This document shows, piece by piece, positions 49,884 through 53,975 of a stretch of 53,975 nucleotides of DNA (the first letter of the stretch is position 1; each line of letters begins with the position of its first letter). The stretch spans positions 1-53,975 of the forward strand of contig JAHLWZ010000057.1 in NCBI GenBank assembly GCA_020536535.1, read 5' to 3'. A program made the translations under genes and the position numbers. A model generated the notes under the pieces. That model saw nothing but the letters and a program-made list of their open reading frames with translations, was not told the DNA's origin and did not search any database. The DNA comes from Pelomyxa schiedti (Eukaryota > Protista > Evosea).

Positions 49884-52321
49884 TAGACTTCCCCTAAAAC
49901 AGTCTTCAGCCAACTGGGGTGTTGTCTTCCAGCCAACAAATCGTTTGACAGCCAGCACGCGGCGTGGGGGCTGACACAAGGGGTGGCAGCCAGCAGGTTG
50001 TGTGGCAGCCAGCAAATCGTTTGACAGCCAGCACTTGGCTGGGAGCCGACATCTCAGGTGGAGGCTGACAAATTGTGTGGGAGCCAGCACCTGTCAGCTG
50101 TGGGAGCCTGCAAGCCTGCCACGGTCTGTCTGTGGGTGTGTGACAGCTTGCAGTTTTGTTGTCTGTGTGTGTGCACTGCTGTGCGTTGAGATCATTGCAA
50201 AAATAGAATAAAAAATTTTTTTTTATTTTTTCAAAATTAATCCCCTCCTGTCTGATGACATGGGGGTGTGGTGGAGAGATGGAGAGACGGCTGTGGGTGA
50301 CGGTGAGGTAACACAGTGGTTGGTTTTGGCACCGCAGTTATATTGTTGAGTACCTTGATCCTCTCCGGAGATAAAAGAATACTCAGTCCGGTTCCCGTTT
50401 TCGCTGTGCTGCGGCCCGCGGTTCCTGGTACTGTTGAGTGTGGTGATGACAAAAAGGGAGAGGGATGTACATTGACTTTCAGCGCCGCAGATGGCAATCG
50501 GCAATTCCACATCTATTATTACAAGGTGAAACTGGAAAAAGAGAAAACGAGGAAAGAAGCCACATACCAGTGGCAAGCTGCCAGAAATACAGAAAATCAT
50601 GCCGGCAATGACTCCTCATACAGGTTGATGGAAAAAGACCTAAAGTAATTTAAAAAGTTGATAAGATAACGAAATAAAGCACATAAAATGTTAAAATCAT
50701 TTATTACTTAACACCACTCCATGTGTTCAGATATATACAATAAATAAAACAACACAACAGGACACGAGGGGATACCTGGGAAAAATCACATAAGCCACCA
50801 AATTCCCCTGTGCATCCCCTCAGTGCCAACCAGGAACCCCTGGCAGCAGTTACTTCGAGGGGAGAGTAAATTAAGCACAATACCTGGAAGTTCGCGACCA
50901 CTTGACACCACACCACAGACCTCCTGACAACACAACCCCTACACCTCAGTAACATCGGCCCTTGTCTTCGCGGGCCACTGCCGCGGTTCTTTTTTTTATT
51001 TTTAAATTTATTTATTGTTTTTCTAAGACGACTGACCGATGGTCTTCTGCAACTTTGTTGCACTATTCCTCTGGGCCAGCCTCGCCTCCTGCAACAAAGT
51101 TGCAAACAAAAAAAAAATTTAAACAAAAAAACAAGCCCAGAGAGGGCCGTATGTACATGTACGTTCCTGGTGCAATGATGTCGTGAGTCTCAAGAGGCGG
51201 AGACGGCAAGGGATGGATGTGAGGCCAAAATAATGGAGTTGTGTTGTGGTGCGTCGTGTTGCTTTGCGTTGCGTCGCGTTGCGTTGCGTCATTGCATTGC
51301 ATTGCATTGCCCTCATCGATGCAGAGCTTTCTGTGGTATTCCCTACCTCTCTCACTTCTCTTTTTAACTTTTTGCAGGTGGGGGAGAACTTTGCCATACA
51401 ACCCGTTACATTTTGTTTGTATTCCTCAACTCAACTTAGGCCAAAGCGGTCTGCAAGGCACCAGGAATAACATTTCACTGCCTCCACACAATTCCAGCCA
51501 CATTGCCGGCTTAGCTGAAACAAGCAGGTGTCTCTTTTCTGTTCTTTTCTGTTCTTTTCTTTTCTTTTTTTCTTTCTTTTATTTTATTTTCTTTTTTGGG
51601 ACTGATTGTGCGTCACTCCTGATACTCATCATATCCCCTCTAGGTCACCAAAGCATTATTCTCCAGGCTAGCCAGTTACTGTCACCAGGTATTAATTAGC
51701 CCATTACATTTTGTTTGTATTCCTCACCTCAACTTAGGCCAAAGCGGTCTCAAAGGCACCAGGAATAACATTTCACTGCCTCTGCTCTGTTCCAGGCCCG
51801 CCACATTGCCGGCTTAGCACATGTGTATTCTTTCTTTTCTTTTTTCTTTTCTCAGTTCTGATAACCACTGTAGATATCTGGCAGCGGCGGGTTAGACGAC
51901 TGATTGTGCGTCACTCCTGATACTCCTCTAGGTCGCCGAAGCACACACCTTCATTCTGCCCCAACCCAACAACAGCCGCAGCATCCAAACCCAACAAAAA
52001 AAAAATTGTTTTTGTTTTATTTTTTTATTTTTGGCTGTAGAACCACAAAACTGCAAGCTGCCACACACCCACGGACAGAACGTGGCAGGCTTGCAGGCTC
52101 CCACAGCCAACAGGTGCTGGCTCCCACACAATTTGTCAGCCTCCACCTGAGATGTCGGCTCCCATGCCAAGTGCTGGCTGTCAAATGATTTGCTGGCTGC
52201 CACACAACCTGCTGGCTGCCACCCCTTGTGTCAGCCCCCACGCCACGTGCTGGCTGTCAAACGATTTGTTGGCTGGAAGACAACACCCCAGCTGGCTGTA
52301 TACTGTTTTAGGGGAAGTCTA
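49884..52321. mobile_element. Probable non-autonomous foldback/TIR element bounded by ~275-bp inverted repeats (49884-50159 and ~52045-52321)
   Basis: Left end TAGACTTCCCCTAAAACAGT.. is the reverse complement of the right end ..ACTGTTTTAGGGGAAGTCTA; similarity is high over ~275 bp with internal sub-repeats; no transposase ORF seen. Confidence 0.65.
51403..51940 (+). repeat. Two diverged ~300-bp direct repeat units (~51403-51699, ~51700-51940) inside the inverted-repeat element
   Basis: Shared blocks TTACATTTTGTTTGTATTCCTC..AACTTAGGCCAAAGCGGTCT..GGCACCAGGAATAACATTTCACTGCCTC and GACTGATTGTGCGTCACTCCTGATACTC. Confidence 0.85.
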
Positions 52322-53126
52322 AGGATAACTACCCTCTCCCAAATGTCTTCGAGGTCCTTAAATCACTCAATGGACACTGTTGGTTCTCCACTCTGGACCT
52401 AATGGCAGGTTTCTGGCAAGTACCAGTGGCCAAAGAAGATGTGCGCAACAGACAGCAGAGCTCATATGGCAGGCATGGGATGACGAGCGCACCAAAGCCA
52501 CAACAGCCACAGAAAGGAAGTTCAGGGTAGGGGATCTAGTGTATGTCCTACGGACAGGCAGACACAAGGACAGGGAGCTAGGCAAACTGGCCAACAAGTG
52601 GAAGGGCCCGTACCGCATCACAAGTCTCCCTGTGAATGGGGCTGCCAGGCTCGAGACTATGGATGGCCAGAAGTCCCCGAAACTGGTAAACTTGGGGCAT
52701 CTATGCAAGTGCCATGCAATACCCGAGGAGGGGCTGGAAAGGGCGGGGGGTGAGGTGCACACAAGCCACAACGAGACCCCCGAACAGAGAGACGACTGGA
52801 GGTCACAAGCCAATGACCAAACACAGCACGAACGAGGAGACGATGCCGAAACGGAGGATCCACCAGACACCCAGCACGACCTCAACCCTAAAAGGTCCCC
52901 ACTGCAAGGGGATGACACTACACACGCGAGCCTAGGGCAGAAGGAGATGGAGGCCATCATTGGAGAAAGGAGGAAGAGCCATGGCAGGCAGTTCCTTGTT
53001 CAGTGGAAGGGCCTGGGTGACGAGCACAACACATGGCAGTATGAGGAAGATTGTACAGGGTGTGGGGCACTCATCAAGGAGTACAAAGCCAGGGCCCGCC
53101 AGGAAAGGGCTCGTTCACGCCAATGA
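52321..53126 (+). mobile_element. Internally deleted Ty3/gypsy (chromovirus-type) pol relic: RT N-terminal fragment joined to integrase C-terminus and chromodomain
   Basis: KDNYPLPNVFEVLKSLNGHCWFSTLDLMAGFWQVPVAKED (RT, 52321-~52445); in another frame FRVGDLVYV..KLANKWKGPYRI (GPY/F) and EAIIGERR..FLVQWKGLGDEHNTWQYEEDC (chromodomain). Confidence 0.9.
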
Positions 53127-53263
53127 GGGATAGCCGTAGCCACCCACGCACCGGGTTTGAAAGNNNNNNNNNNNNNNNNNNNNNNNNNNNNNNNNNNNNN
53201 NNNNNNNNNNNNNNNNNNNNNNNNNNNNNNNNNNNNNNNNNNNNNNNNNNNNNNNNNNNNNNN

Positions 53264-53975
53264 AAAGCTTGTCAACGGAGCCAAAGTGCCGGCTGTGGTT
53301 ATTTATGTGAACAAAAAACTGCCCCCAACAGAGTGCGCTACATTGATACCGAGCACTCTTACTGACCCTGCAACCGGGTATGTTTATATCTTCTTTGCCG
53401 GGGAGCTTCTTCGTTCACCGGCGTTACTAATTAAAGATCATGTTAAGTTAACAGCATGAATGCGTTTAACATAACACCAAAACCCAGGAAAAATATAATG
53501 GTGGCTTAAACTGTCAACTAACATGACGTACTACTACACAGATTCAGTGCACCAACCGACGTTGTTGAGAGGGCCAAGACCGGGCCATCAGGCGAGGACA
53601 TGGGCGAACTTGGTGCAACCGGCTCTCTCCTTAAGAAGAGCACTGCACGCTTCGACGATGACATGAGTGCATTCGATGACCTGTAATACAAACAACACCC
53701 ACCACACCAACCACAACAACCAAACAAACAAACGAATCTGTTTCACTTACTACAAACACCTTTACTCACATGCACACTCTGTCACTAATGAAACTATGGA
53801 CTGTAACGATTATACAGTTCACAGCTTCAAAGTCTGTTTGAATCCTGCCAAAACCGGATGATGTTTCCAGTTTTCGTCGGCTTTGATCATCACATCTTGG
53901 GGAACGCGTTCCGTCTCGAAACCCAGCGAAAAAAAAAAGAACAAAAAAACCACAACAGGGAGCCGCGGCCCCGCG
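53264..53975 (+). repeat. Near-identical second copy of 42465-43187 (exons 2-3 of the small protein gene, stop at 53684-53686, plus downstream intergenic DNA)
   Basis: Collinear with few substitutions and short indels; starts immediately after an N gap. Confidence 0.9.

Noticed and set aside
49884-50160. CRISPR-like array from the repeated CAGCCAGCAC motifs
   Set aside because: Eukaryotic context, irregular spacing, no unique spacers and no cas genes; these are TIR sub-repeats.

Overview
Eukaryotic, gene-dense, intron-rich genomic DNA with many short GT-AG introns and six 100-N scaffold gaps. The content (ADP-forming acetate-CoA ligase, bacterial-style receptor adenylyl cyclase, an intronless expanded family) suggests an anaerobic amoebozoan such as an archamoeba; this is inference only. 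Genes recognised by manual splicing, in order: two tandem papain-family proteases; CCR4/nocturnin-type phosphodiesterase; a large SAM + coiled-coil + coactosin-type ADF-H + Costars protein; a hypothetical membrane protein; three intronless paralogues (one frameshifted); glucosamine-6-phosphate deaminase; SLY1; ALG9; a degenerate lid-less Hsp70; RPS3A with a long basic tail; an amino-acid transporter; a double-LamG protein; a TM-HAMP-class III cyclase; ADP-forming acetate-CoA ligase with a degenerate GNAT-like tail; RPL13; a small protein resembling a prokaryotic protease N-terminal domain; and a RalGAP-alpha-like Rap-GAP. The right end holds a 2.4-kb element bounded by ~275-bp inverted repeats, abutting an internally deleted chromodomain Ty3/gypsy relic. 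A hairpin-rich intergenic stretch at ~1257-1520 is a candidate structured ncRNA with a U11-like 5' end. Several segments next to gaps are duplicated, probably haplotype or assembly redundancy. Exon boundaries and family calls were made by eye without database searches, so gene ends are approximate.
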